From Candidatus Peribacteria bacterium (GTDB taxonomy: Bacteria; Patescibacteriota; Gracilibacteria; Peribacterales; Peribacteraceae): a DNA stretch of 64,000 nt. A program made the position numbers and the translations under genes. This document shows positions 1 through 9,572 of this stretch, in pieces (the first letter of the stretch is position 1; every line of letters starts with the position of its first letter). Where the stretch lies: the NCBI GenBank assembly GCA_028286915.1, contig JAQBQQ010000006.1:9595-73594 (forward strand), written 5' to 3'. A model generated the notes under the pieces. It was not told the origin of the DNA and made no database searches. It worked only from the letters and a program-made list of their open reading frames with translations.

Positions 1-24
1 GCCGAAGAGAAGTTGTTTTGCCAT
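1..24 (-). CDS. groEL: Chaperonin GroEL, 5' fragment (continues beyond window)
   Basis: Reverse strand reads MAKQLLFG directly downstream of groES. Confidence 0.85.
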
Positions 25-40
25 AGGAATAAGGGGGATC

Positions 41-70
41 CGGCTTCGTCAGCCGTGGCTGACTGCGCCG
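41..70. repeat. REP-like hairpin element, copy A (groES-groEL spacer)
   Basis: CGGC-TTC-GTCAGC-CGTG-GCTGAC-TGC-GCCG; same architecture as the copies at tRNAs. Confidence 0.7.
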
Positions 71-113
71 AGATAAGTAAAATGTAGAATGTAAAATGAA
101 AGATATTTTCTGA

Positions 114-455
114 TTATTCCACGATACCCAGGATGGAATCGAGGTGGAGGATTTTTACTTCCAGATCTTTACCATCGGTGGTCTTGAGTTTGACGTCGTC
201 GCCGGCGTACTTGCCGAAGAGCACTTTGTCACCCAGCTTTAAAAACTCCGTCGGGTTTACGGACTCTTTGCCAAGACCGCCTTTACCAAGGGCAATCACT
301 TCGCCTTCCTGTGGTTTTTCACCGGAAGCCGTGTCGGGAATAATGAGGCCGGAAGCCGTAACAGACTCCTTTTCCAGCGGACGTACTACAACCCTGTCCC
401 CAATGGGACGGATGTTGACGGCCAACTTCGGAGTTTTGGGGGAAGCGGTTGCCAT
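114..455 (-). CDS. groES: Co-chaperonin GroES
   Basis: IRPIGDRVVVR...TASGLIIPDTA..EKPQEGEVIALG...GDKVLFGKYAG signature. Confidence 0.97.
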   Translation of the reverse strand: MATASPKTPKLAVNIRPIGDRVVVRPLEKESVTASGLIIPDTASGEKPQEGEVIALGKGGLGKESVNPTEFLKLGDKVLFGKYAGDDVKLKTTDGKDLEVKILHLDSILGIVE

Positions 456-524
456 AGGTAAATTGAAGAAATAAATGAAAGAAATAAGCTGCGTGTCTGG
501 TGCCGGTGCCGTGAATCTACTGCA

Positions 525-551
525 TTAGCAGTCTACATTTTAGAGTGCTAA
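525..551 (-). promoter_or_regulatory. CIRCE operator (HrcA site) overlapping the sigma70 -10
   Basis: Minus strand TTAGCACTC-N9-GACTGCTAA, 1 mismatch to consensus; TTGACT(564-559)-N16-TAAAAT(542-537) promoter. Confidence 0.93.
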
Positions 552-780
552 CCGGTGAAGTCAAGAGTCTTGCTGACGACGAATAGTGTTCAATAGATTA
601 TTCAGAGACGTAATTGGATTGTAAATAGAAAGATATGAAACAGATACGATGAGTAGACGAACAGTGATACGTAAGATTTTCAACAGGCCCGAATGGAATA
701 TGGAGTATTCGCGTAAGAAAAGTAGAAACAAGGCGTCAATGATCCTGTGCAATATTTTCATTTATATTCCCAACCATTGT

Positions 781-2568
781 ATGAAAAAAAGAGTACGGGC
801 ACTTAGTGCGGGAATGATTGTTAGTTTGGTATGTCTGCCACTTTCGCAGGTGCATGCGGCATTGAGCCAGAAGTCCGTCACAATCAGTCCCAACTGGAAT
901 GGGGATTTCATTAGTGATTCGTTCAAGCAGTCTGTTCGCGATGCCAAAGACGTAAATGTTAATATGATTACCCTGGTGCTGCCTTTCCAGCAGGCAAACC
1001 CATGGTCGACCGATATCTGGAAGGCGGCCAACGCGCCAAGTGATGACGTGTTAGGCCAGGCGATTGATTACATTCATTCGATTGGTCTGCAGGTGACACT
1101 AAAGCCGCACTTAGACCCTACCGATGGAAATTGGCGGGCACAAATAAACCCGGGCGACCGTGATTCGTGGTTCAGGAATTATAAAAATTCCGTTCTCCTT
1201 CCGCTGGCCTCCCTTGGCCAGTCTCATGGTGTGGAAGAAATAATTATTGGGACCGAGTTGGCAAAAATGGCCAGTGATAGCGTGAACCCGACAAATTCCA
1301 CTAACTGGCGCGGAATGATCCGGGAAATGAAAAATACATATTCCGGGCAACTTACCTACAGCGCGCAGCACGATGCGGCGCCGGATAACACAAATGAGAA
1401 ATCCAATATAACTTTCTGGAAAGATTTGAATTCCATCGGCATTTCCGCGTACCACCCGGTGGCAACCTGGACGGGTAATCCGACGTCACAAGATGTAAAA
1501 AGTTCACTGCAGCAATGGTATGACACCGAACTAAAACCCATTTCGCAACAGTACGGCAAGCCGATTCTTTTTTCGGAAATCGGGTACCGGAGTGTAGACG
1601 GCGCCAACTATGAACCGTCATCGTACTGGCGGGACGGTAATTATAACCCGCAGGAACAGAGCGCGCTTACGCAGGGCATGTGTGAATTCGTGCGGGATAA
1701 TCCCGGTCTTATAGGTGCCCATATTTGGGACTGGAAGAGCGACCCCAATGCCGGCGGACCGGGTAATAAAGATTATACAGTCCAAAATAAGCCGAGCGAG
1801 GATGTGCTCCGTAATTGTTTCGGCGGTAACGCCGGTTCATCACCTGCGGGCGGTAATTCCAACCCCGGCCCGCAGTCCACATCCTTCACAACAACGGCAA
1901 CGGTTCCCGGTAACCCGGCTGCCGGCCAGGTAATTAACGGATCGGTGACCATACAAAACGCAGTAGCGCAGCCGGCCGGTGGTATTAATGTGGATATTGA
2001 AATTTATGACAGTGCCGGGTCGCCCATGTTCCAGAAAGTATTTATGGGAGAGTCGTTTACGGCAAATCAGTCCAAACAATATCCCTTTGATTGGTCCACG
2101 GGTAAGCAGGGAACATATGTCGTGAAAATAGGCGTTTTTGACAGCAGCTGGTCTACCAATTTTGTCTGGAATAATGAAGCGGCAAAGTTTACGGTAGGCG
2201 CATTAAATCCTCCTCCAAACACAACTCCCAATCCCTCACCGGCGCCGACACCCGCTCCCGGGCCATCCGGCTCTATTGAAGTATGGTGGGTGGGTAACGG
2301 GCAGACAGTATCCGGCCAGCAGCCGTTTAAGGCTCTTCTTACACAGGGAAATGTGGATCAGTATGAAATGTACTGGACGGTGGACGGCGGCCCTGAGGTG
2401 AAAATGTATAACACCAATCAGGATTATCCGCACAAGGAATTTATGGTCGATTTGAATCCATGGACCTGGCGCGGCAATAATGGAACGTATGCTGTCACCT
2501 ACATTGCCCGTTCGAATAACGGTACGGAAATAGCCCGGCAAACCGTCAATATGACGGTAATCCATTAA
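781..2568 (+). CDS. Secreted glycoside hydrolase family 113-like (beta-mannanase-like) protein with C-terminal Ig-like domains
   Basis: Signal peptide; LKPHLD, IGTEL, GISAYHP, KPILFSEIGYRS motifs; Pro-rich linkers. Confidence 0.8.
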   Translation: MKKRVRALSAGMIVSLVCLPLSQVHAALSQKSVTISPNWNGDFISDSFKQSVRDAKDVNVNMITLVLPFQQANPWSTDIWKAANAPSDDVLGQAIDYIHSIGLQVTLKPHLDPTDGNWRAQINPGDRDSWFRNYKNSVLLPLASLGQSHGVEEIIIGTELAKMASDSVNPTNSTNWRGMIREMKNTYSGQLTYSAQHDAAPDNTNEKSNITFWKDLNSIGISAYHPVATWTGNPTSQDVKSSLQQWYDTELKPISQQYGKPILFSEIGYRSVDGANYEPSSYWRDGNYNPQEQSALTQGMCEFVRDNPGLIGAHIWDWKSDPNAGGPGNKDYTVQNKPSEDVLRNCFGGNAGSSPAGGNSNPGPQSTSFTTTATVPGNPAAGQVINGSVTIQNAVAQPAGGINVDIEIYDSAGSPMFQKVFMGESFTANQSKQYPFDWSTGKQGTYVVKIGVFDSSWSTNFVWNNEAAKFTVGALNPPPNTTPNPSPAPTPAPGPSGSIEVWWVGNGQTVSGQQPFKALLTQGNVDQYEMYWTVDGGPEVKMYNTNQDYPHKEFMVDLNPWTWRGNNGTYAVTYIARSNNGTEIARQTVNMTVIH

Positions 2569-2581
2569 TCAGAAATGTGCG

Positions 2582-2610
2582 AAAAGGCTTCCTGGAACAG
2601 AGGCCTTTTT
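2582..2610 (+). terminator. Rho-independent terminator
   Basis: AAAAGGCTTC...GAGGCCTTTTT hairpin followed by a T-run. Confidence 0.6.
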
Positions 2611-2730
2611 GCGGTCCCGGCTTATAGTATTCCTCTTTTGGTATGTACGGTAATCAGCACATGCATTTCTGGCAGGACATGAAAGAAGTACCGACATGTC
2701 ACGTCATATACGCATAGAAAATATATATTT

Positions 2731-3999
2731 ATGGCACGCACTCTTGTATCACCGGCACCGGCGCAGGCAGATCAGACACACCGGAAGCATGCCGAGCTTA
2801 CGTATGATGTGCTCAGCGGAATCAGCTTTGGGCACCTTATCGTCCGTGACCCCGATGGCGTGACGCATGAATTCGGAACCGCACAAACCGAGCCGCATGC
2901 AACGATGGTTATTCGTAACTGGCAATTTTACGCCCGCGTTCTTACATATGGCTCGCTGGGGCTGGGAGAAAGTTATATGGACGGCTGGTGGGCCGTGGAA
3001 GATGACAGGCTGTGTGAATGCATCGGTATCTTTTTAAAGAATGACGTTGAAAAAGCATTATGGAAAAATCCGCTGCTCATAAGCAGAATGCTGTACCATT
3101 ATATCGCAACAAAACCTATTAACAGTTTCCGGAGCAAGAGCAATGTGCATCATCATTACGATTTAAGTAATCAGTTTTTCCGGCTGATGCTGGGGCCGTC
3201 CATGACATACTCATGCGGTGTACTGGAGCAAACGACGAACGCCATGCAGAATACGCTGGAAGCCATTCAGGCCAGGAAATATGATCTTGTGTGCAGAAAG
3301 TTGCAGCTTCAGCCCGGTGACCGCCTGCTGGATATCGGTTGCGGCTGGGGCGGCTTGCTGTTTCATGCCGCCAGATATTACGGCGTACAGGCCACGGGTA
3401 TAACGCTGAGTTCCAACCAGGCGGAATGGATTCGTGCGCGGATACAGAACCAAAAATGGTCACGGCTTGTACGTGTGGAAGAAAAAGATTACCGGGAAGC
3501 AGAAGGTACGTACGATGCCGTTGCCAGCATAGGAATGTTCGAACACGTGGGTGATGCGCAGTACGGTACATTCATGCAAAAGGTTGCCGCATTGCTCAAG
3601 CCCGACGGTAAAGGCCTGCTGCATACCATCGGTTGGCAGAAGCGAACCTGGGCAAGCGTGCAGGACGCCTGGATGTCCACGTATATTTTCCCGGGCGGGC
3701 ACTTGCCAAGCCTGGACCGCATAACGGCGGAAATGCAGAAAGCGGAATTTCTTATCGGTCACATAGAAAACTTCAAGCCGCACTACGCCGAAACACTGCG
3801 TCTCTGGAAACGGAATGTGGATGCCAACCGCCAGAATATAGAAAAGCTGGATGCGCATTTTGATACACGTTTTTTCCGCATGTGGGACTACTATCTGCAG
3901 GCCTGCGACGCCGGTTTTCGCTACGGCCGGCTCCAGTTATACCAGATTCTGTTTAGCAGTGGGCGGCAGTGGGCGTTCCCGCAGCGGTTTCATTATTAG
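2731..3999 (+). CDS. cfa: Cyclopropane-fatty-acyl-phospholipid synthase
   Basis: HHYDLSN, MTYSC, LLDIGCGWG, SIGMFEHVG, YIFPGG, HYAETLRLW, RMWDYYL. Confidence 0.92.
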   Translation: MARTLVSPAPAQADQTHRKHAELTYDVLSGISFGHLIVRDPDGVTHEFGTAQTEPHATMVIRNWQFYARVLTYGSLGLGESYMDGWWAVEDDRLCECIGIFLKNDVEKALWKNPLLISRMLYHYIATKPINSFRSKSNVHHHYDLSNQFFRLMLGPSMTYSCGVLEQTTNAMQNTLEAIQARKYDLVCRKLQLQPGDRLLDIGCGWGGLLFHAARYYGVQATGITLSSNQAEWIRARIQNQKWSRLVRVEEKDYREAEGTYDAVASIGMFEHVGDAQYGTFMQKVAALLKPDGKGLLHTIGWQKRTWASVQDAWMSTYIFPGGHLPSLDRITAEMQKAEFLIGHIENFKPHYAETLRLWKRNVDANRQNIEKLDAHFDTRFFRMWDYYLQACDAGFRYGRLQLYQILFSSGRQWAFPQRFHY

Positions 4000-4029
4000 T
4001 GGTGCGTAATACATACTGCGTACTACTAG

Positions 4030-4620
4030 CTAGGCGCCGTGCATTTGCCAGATCTTTACTGCCCGAATGGGATAGATCAGCATAATGACATTGAGCGTAA
4101 GATTATCGCGGATGAAAAACAGCATGCCAAGTTCAATAAGAAGACTGATGACGAGGGTCCATTTAACCGGCAGTCTGGCTGCCAGATAAAACCCGAGTAT
4201 GCAGGACACCACATCACCGACAGAGTTAAGAATGCTGTCGCCCATGTAGTCCAGCGAAGCAGTGGCTGCCCGGTACCGGTTGATAATAACGGGCGAATTT
4301 TCCAGTAGTTCCCAGCCGATTTCTATAACCGTAGCAATAACAAGGCGCTGCCGTACTGTCAGTTTCTTGGAAAAAATTGTAAGAAGAGCGTAAAAAATAA
4401 AGCCATGCAGAATGTGTGATAAAGAATACGGATCCGCGAAGTGCTGTGATGTGGCATTGCTCCAGGCGTTACCTGTCCAGAGGCCGAAGCCGCACGCGCA
4501 CATGGCAATGCGACCCATAAAATGCAGTATGAGCGCCTGCGCCGTAATCAGTACAAGAATTATCGTCCCTGCCAAGGCCGACGGATGGTTTCTGATACTG
4601 CTCTGTATCTGCGTCATCAT
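4030..4620 (-). CDS. DUF2585 (UPF0314) membrane protein
   Basis: MGR..C.CG, SQHFADPYSLSHILHG, WELLEN, GDSILNS, IRDNLTLN. Confidence 0.88.
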   Translation of the reverse strand: MMTQIQSSIRNHPSALAGTIILVLITAQALILHFMGRIAMCACGFGLWTGNAWSNATSQHFADPYSLSHILHGFIFYALLTIFSKKLTVRQRLVIATVIEIGWELLENSPVIINRYRAATASLDYMGDSILNSVGDVVSCILGFYLAARLPVKWTLVISLLIELGMLFFIRDNLTLNVIMLIYPIRAVKIWQMHGA

Positions 4621-4703
4621 GGAACTATACTACGCGGGTATCTTCCATTTCGAAAATCAGCAAATATCTTGATGCCTGAAAGAAAAAAGTGGATGATAGC
4701 CAT

Positions 4704-5063
4704 ATGGATTTCAACACGCTCACGCCCGAAGAGAAGCGCATAATAGAAGACAAGGGAACGGAAATGCCGTTCACCGGCGAGTACGATAATACGTTTGAGA
4801 AAGGTACGTATATCTGCCGGCGCTGTAATGCCGAGCTTTACAGATCCGACGATAAATTCCACTCCGGCTGCGGCTGGCCCAGTTTTGATCAGGAAATTCC
4901 CGGAGCCGTCCAGCGCATTCCGGATGCTGATGGCAGCCGTATAGAAATTCAGTGTGCCAATTGCCACGCTCATCTGGGACATGTATTTGAAGGTGAGCAG
5001 CTCACCGAAAAAAATACACGTCATTGTGTGAATTCACTGTCCATGCGGTTTGTGGCTGAATAA
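4704..5063 (+). CDS. msrB: Methionine-R-sulfoxide reductase
   Basis: [36 protein letters not shown]. Confidence 0.95.
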   Translation: MDFNTLTPEEKRIIEDKGTEMPFTGEYDNTFEKGTYICRRCNAELYRSDDKFHSGCGWPSFDQEIPGAVQRIPDADGSRIEIQCANCHAHLGHVFEGEQLTEKNTRHCVNSLSMRFVAE

Positions 5064-5129
5064 TTGTTACATCTAAAAAAGCCCCTTACCCGCTATGGGC
5101 AAGGGGCCATGACCGCAATCGATCTGGGC

Positions 5130-5489
5130 TTATACAGGGAAACTCGCAAGCGCAGTCTCTCGATCCTCGTGAATGTCGAATGCCTCAGTGAGCCCTGTGA
5201 GCTTGAATGTCTTAAGAACCGATGGCTGGATGCCGCAGAGCTTCATTTGGACGGCAACTCTTTTTGCCGCTTCGCAAGTCATAAACAGAGAATGAACTCC
5301 GGTCGTACTCAGATACAGGACACTGGTGAAAACCAGCACCATTCCCATCGGTCGTTCGTCGACCAATTGATGAATGTTGCGAGCCAGTTCTCCAGTGGCA
5401 TCTTTCGTGAAAATGCTGGAATTGATGAATGTTGCGACCGTGATGTTATTCACGCGCTCAACATTCAAATACGTATTCGACTGCAGCAT
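5130..5489 (-). CDS. STAS-domain anti-sigma factor antagonist
   Basis: VLYLSTTG, LCGIQPSVLKTFKLTGL..F.I....E.AL pattern. Confidence 0.8.
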   Translation of the reverse strand: MLQSNTYLNVERVNNITVATFINSSIFTKDATGELARNIHQLVDERPMGMVLVFTSVLYLSTTGVHSLFMTCEAAKRVAVQMKLCGIQPSVLKTFKLTGLTEAFDIHEDRETALASFPV

Positions 5490-5658
5490 GCGGTGCCTCC
5501 TGACAAGTAAAGGATCAGACTGATGCACGGTAGGACATTGGCTAAGTACACAATAAATAAAATTCATGATTTGTCAAAATTATTGACCAATCTTGCATAA
5601 TATCCGTTCACAACCACCAAAAGCTCTGTTACAGTCACGCAGCTCAATCTTTATTATT

Positions 5659-5745
5659 GCCCGGATGGCGGAATTGGTAGACGCGCACGCTTCAGGAGCG
5701 TGTATCCGTAAGGTTGTGGAGGTTCAAGTCCTCTTCCGGGCACCA
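5659..5745 (+). tRNA. tRNA-Leu(CAG)
   Basis: Cloverleaf with long variable arm; anticodon arm CACGC-TT-CAG-GA-GCGTG; GTTCAAGTC; CCA end. Confidence 0.96.
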
Positions 5746-5831
5746 GCCTTCGCGCAGCGGAGGCTGCCCGCCGGAACGAAGTGAAGGTGGGCACTACTTA
5801 TAAAATGGACTGCGCTCCGGCTGGCGAGCCA
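5743..5831. repeat. REP-like hairpin element, copy E, with a nested inverted copy in its loop
   Basis: CCAGCC-TTC-GCGCAG-[52 nt]-CTGCGC-TCC-GGCTGG; inner copy on the minus strand GCCCACC-TTC-ACTTCGT-TCC-GGCGGGC. Confidence 0.65.
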
Positions 5832-6231
5832 TTTCTTTATCATTGATTAATTTCTGCATTCCAATATAGAAAGCAGGCTGCATCTCATGAGAAGTTCTTT
5901 GGCTTGGATCAGGACATGAATTTTGGAAACAGCGTTTGCAAATTCATGATGATCAGAAATAACATCTCAAAGGCTGGACATGAGAAAAGGAGGAAAGCTA
6001 ATTTTCTTCGGTTAGCGCTTTTTGGTTCTGCCCTTCCTTTTTATCGTAGTGAACTTGTCAGACATAGATCGAAAATGACTTTAGCTGTAATGTCTTGATT
6101 AGGCCGATTCACATCAGAAAAAATTTCAGTGCGAGTCATCTCTGCGCGATCTGCAAACAGATCAATGAGAATCGGCGATACCAGCGGCCAATGCAAGGAA
6201 CCTACCCGCCTGAATCAGATATTTTTCTGCA

Positions 6232-7443
6232 TTAAGCCGGAGTAATCCGTGTCGGGATTTTTTCTACGGCAGCTGGCGTCAATGGTTGAGGCATAGCAAC
6301 AGATCTGACTGGCTGTACAGGAATAGTCTGCGTATCACGTTTGCGATGAAGCATCTTGAATGCAACGCCACTGATTACAACGCCAATGACCAGTGCTACG
6401 GCGATAGCTACCGGCGAATGGATGATATCGGAAACAATAATTGTAATGCCGGTAAGCAGAACGGCGACCATGAGCATCGCGAAATTAATGAATGTCCGGG
6501 AGAGCGAGCCGAAGATAGGCAGAACATCGAGTAAGACACTGATCAGGCCAAAGAATGCACACAATCCGATCCACATCATAAGGAAACCAATGGCGCGAAC
6601 GATCCATAGCCACATCTTGTATTCCGTATTCAAAGTATGGACAGCCTCATCTTTTGAACCACCCTGGAAAATTCGGTAGATACGATTTCCACTGGGATCA
6701 ATGAATGCCGTAACGGTGCTCCCGGCTAGCTTGCCCATAACCGTGCCGGTCACGCCGCTTGGAATACCGCTGTAGCTAATACGCACGTCTCCGATCTGAG
6801 GCTGCGACAGTGAACCTTTGCCTTGGAAAATATAACTGCCATCGAGCTTTACGCCATTCTGCAATTTTACATTATCGCTGCTTAGGGCAATAGTTGTGCT
6901 GGAGGGAAGGCTAATAGAAGCGACATCCAACTTGTAGACACCTACTTTTGCAGACTGCGCGGTAGTACTTGTGCTGTTGACCGACATGGAAGGATTCACA
7001 TGGTCTTCTGGATGCTGAAAATCGCTCTTTGGCGAATTTGTCCAACCCTGTGAATACGTATAGGTCGTCGTGACCGTCTCGGAGCCGCCAACATTTTTGT
7101 GAGAGTTCTCCTGCTTATGTTCCACCCACGCATACATCTCTGCCTTCCTGTTCACGGCGATATATTTATCCGCCTTCAGATACAGCCCGTCGCTCACATC
7201 TTCATCAGTCCTAACAGGACCGGTTATTGACACAAGCTTCCCTTCATTCACCGTATCAGGCGTCGTCGCATTAATCTCCACCGCATTCTTGGCGATCTGC
7301 GACAAATCCACCCGCCCCTCATTCCAATACAAGACAAGGAAAGAAGCTCCAAAGAGAATGAGACCGAAGAAGATTCCTTTAATGGAACTGACGATACGGG
7401 ATCCATAACCAATGGTCTGAACCTCTGTGAACTGGTTTTGCAT
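6232..7443 (-). CDS. TMEM43 (DUF1625) family membrane protein
   Basis: GI.FG..LF...F.VL.WNEGR, EGKLV..TG, R..EMY.W.E, PQIGDVRISY, C-terminal TM helices. Confidence 0.88.
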   Translation of the reverse strand: MQNQFTEVQTIGYGSRIVSSIKGIFFGLILFGASFLVLYWNEGRVDLSQIAKNAVEINATTPDTVNEGKLVSITGPVRTDEDVSDGLYLKADKYIAVNRKAEMYAWVEHKQENSHKNVGGSETVTTTYTYSQGWTNSPKSDFQHPEDHVNPSMSVNSTSTTAQSAKVGVYKLDVASISLPSSTTIALSSDNVKLQNGVKLDGSYIFQGKGSLSQPQIGDVRISYSGIPSGVTGTVMGKLAGSTVTAFIDPSGNRIYRIFQGGSKDEAVHTLNTEYKMWLWIVRAIGFLMMWIGLCAFFGLISVLLDVLPIFGSLSRTFINFAMLMVAVLLTGITIIVSDIIHSPVAIAVALVIGVVISGVAFKMLHRKRDTQTIPVQPVRSVAMPQPLTPAAVEKIPTRITPA

Positions 7444-7626
7444 GGGTGTTTGTGCGGAAATTACTGTATATTATAACATATTTATTAGTTTATAACAAAT
7501 TAAAGCAAGGTGCACATCCGGAAACTCTGCCAGTAGCGCATAGTATGGTTCCATCAATTATGTATGCGCTTGATTCATTTCTAAAGCCGGAGCGCCTGAT
7601 TGCAGCATTGAGAAAATAAAAATTTC

Positions 7627-8124
7627 TTATTCAAAAGTGGCGACAAGCCCCGTAAAAACAATTAAAAAGTATCCACTGGCGATACTAAAGAATAGATTTG
7701 ATAAACCAAGAAGCGGCTGCCGGGCGCGAAAACCGGCGATTGCTTTTTGCAGGCTCAAAGTCAGAATTGAAGATAGGACTATAAATATGAATGCAAGGTA
7801 CATGCCACTGTCTGAATGTTCAGAAAAACCGATTAGTAGTATTAAAGTTAACAGTGAGGCTAAAATTTCAAAAAGCGGGAATCCGGAACCCCATCGTTTG
7901 AGCGAGGTAAATACAGACCAGACTAGAGCAATGGCAAAGGGGAAAAGAATGCTGGTCCAGGTAAAAATCGCAGCATACGCATGGAGTGAATGCGGCGATA
8001 TGTTTATCGGCCGGACGACAGTGGCAATTCCGAGCGTAAGTCCACCATTGATGATTCCTATTACTAAATTTTTACATTCCTGAGGGACAGAAGGCGCGTA
8101 AGGGATGCGAAGAGATTTGAGCAT
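7627..8124 (-). CDS. Hypothetical multi-pass membrane protein
   Basis: About 5 hydrophobic segments; AT-rich. Confidence 0.6.
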   Translation of the reverse strand: MLKSLRIPYAPSVPQECKNLVIGIINGGLTLGIATVVRPINISPHSLHAYAAIFTWTSILFPFAIALVWSVFTSLKRWGSGFPLFEILASLLTLILLIGFSEHSDSGMYLAFIFIVLSSILTLSLQKAIAGFRARQPLLGLSNLFFSIASGYFLIVFTGLVATFE

Positions 8125-8202
8125 AGATAAGGATACTAGCGGAAAAAAGGCTGAGAGAATAATAGGGTAAACAAAATTTCCACTTTCTGTATACTGCGCC
8201 TC

Positions 8203-9021
8203 ATGCGCAAATCATTATTATTCATCGGTTGTCTCTTTTTTATTGCCGGTTGCTCCGCAAAAACGGAAGCCAGCATATTACGGCGCGCGCGGCCTGCCGT
8301 TGCCGGCTCTTCATCGGCTGCATCTGTCAGCTCTGCCAAGCCGGTTCCGCTGTCATCCTATAAGATTCCCATTCTTGTCTATCATCATATTCGCAAGCAG
8401 GAAGGGTGGCCCAAGGCTACGTGGAGCTGGAAGATGACGGTGTCGCCGGCAACTTTTGATAAGCAAATGCAGTGGTTGAATGATCATGACTATACGGCGG
8501 TGGATTTGAACACGTTCGTCAAAATCATTCACGGTGAAATGCAGGGTCCGACAAAACCCGTGGTTATTACTTTCGATGACAATAATCTGAACGCCTATGA
8601 AAACGGACTGCCAATTCTAAAGAAGTACGGCCAGGTCGCCGTCTTCTATATTATTACCGACAGGCTTAAAAATCATGCTACTATTGATGAAGACCGGATA
8701 AAAGATCTGGTGGCGCAGGGAATGGATATAGAGTCGCATACGGTCACGCATCGTGTGCTGAGCGCGCTATCCACACAGCAAATTGATGATGAATTGACGC
8801 AGAGCAAGAAAACGCTGGAAGCGCTGACGGGCAAGTTGGTTCTGCATTTGGCATACCCCGGTACAGCCCAGAATGCTGCTGTCCGCGAACGTGCCAAACT
8901 TGCGGGTTATGTAACGGCGACCATTATGGATCCGCGGCCAGCCACAGAAAAAGATGATCTGCTCAAACTCCCGCGCATTATGATGACGGATGACACGAAC
9001 CTGTCCAAGGTATTGCCGTAA
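8203..9021 (+). CDS. Polysaccharide deacetylase (CE4) lipoprotein
   Basis: Lipobox IAGC; PILVYHHI, ITFDD, ESHTVTH, LAYPG. Confidence 0.9.
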   Translation: MRKSLLFIGCLFFIAGCSAKTEASILRRARPAVAGSSSAASVSSAKPVPLSSYKIPILVYHHIRKQEGWPKATWSWKMTVSPATFDKQMQWLNDHDYTAVDLNTFVKIIHGEMQGPTKPVVITFDDNNLNAYENGLPILKKYGQVAVFYIITDRLKNHATIDEDRIKDLVAQGMDIESHTVTHRVLSALSTQQIDDELTQSKKTLEALTGKLVLHLAYPGTAQNAAVRERAKLAGYVTATIMDPRPATEKDDLLKLPRIMMTDDTNLSKVLP

Positions 9022-9056
9022 TCTAAAAGAGAAGGAGAATACATTCAGACTAAAAA

Positions 9057-9485
9057 CTAGAGCGCATTCCTGCCGATTTCTTTGAGCACTTCCGCGAATG
9101 CCTGAATATTCTTTGCGCCGGAGGAGGGGATTAACCTTTTGGCAAGATCTTCAGCATCTTCCAGGGCGTCCGTTAGCTTTGCCTTTCCGCCCGGGGCGAG
9201 TTTGACAAAGCTTACCCGGGCATCCTGTTCATGTGCTTCTCTTTTGATGAGACCGACTTTTTCCATGGGCGCCAGCAGACGGGTAATGCCGGATGCCGTA
9301 AGGCCGACCGTTTCGGCCAGGTCTATGCGACGCATTTTTTCCTCGCGGGCCTGGCTTAGCTCAAACAGAATCATAAAATCACTCAGGCTAAGACCGCCGA
9401 GGCCGCTATCGAAACGACGCGTGACAATGGATTCGGCTTTTGTCAGGCTCAGAAGAAATTGTACGTTGGAACTGATGTTAATCAT
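9057..9485 (-). CDS. MarR family transcriptional regulator
   Basis: RIDLAETVGLTASGITRLL.PMEKVGLI.R....DAR wHTH. Confidence 0.9.
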   Translation of the reverse strand: MINISSNVQFLLSLTKAESIVTRRFDSGLGGLSLSDFMILFELSQAREEKMRRIDLAETVGLTASGITRLLAPMEKVGLIKREAHEQDARVSFVKLAPGGKAKLTDALEDAEDLAKRLIPSSGAKNIQAFAEVLKEIGRNAL

Positions 9486-9496
9486 ATGCATCCATA

Positions 9497-9516
9497 ATAC
9501 TTGATAACTCAAATAT
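9497..9516. promoter_or_regulatory. Probable MarR autoregulatory operator within a TTGACA...TATTAT promoter
   Basis: ATACTTGA-TAAC-TCAAATAT imperfect palindrome between the minus-strand -35 (9523-9518) and -10 (9499-9494). Confidence 0.55.
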
Positions 9517-9572
9517 ATGTCAAATAAATAAAATCAGATATTTCTGATTAGTCGTATATTAAACTCAAATAA

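Noticed and set aside
5840-6230. Possible pseudogene downstream of tRNA-Leu
   Set aside because: Only broken frames with no recognisable motif; cannot be supported.
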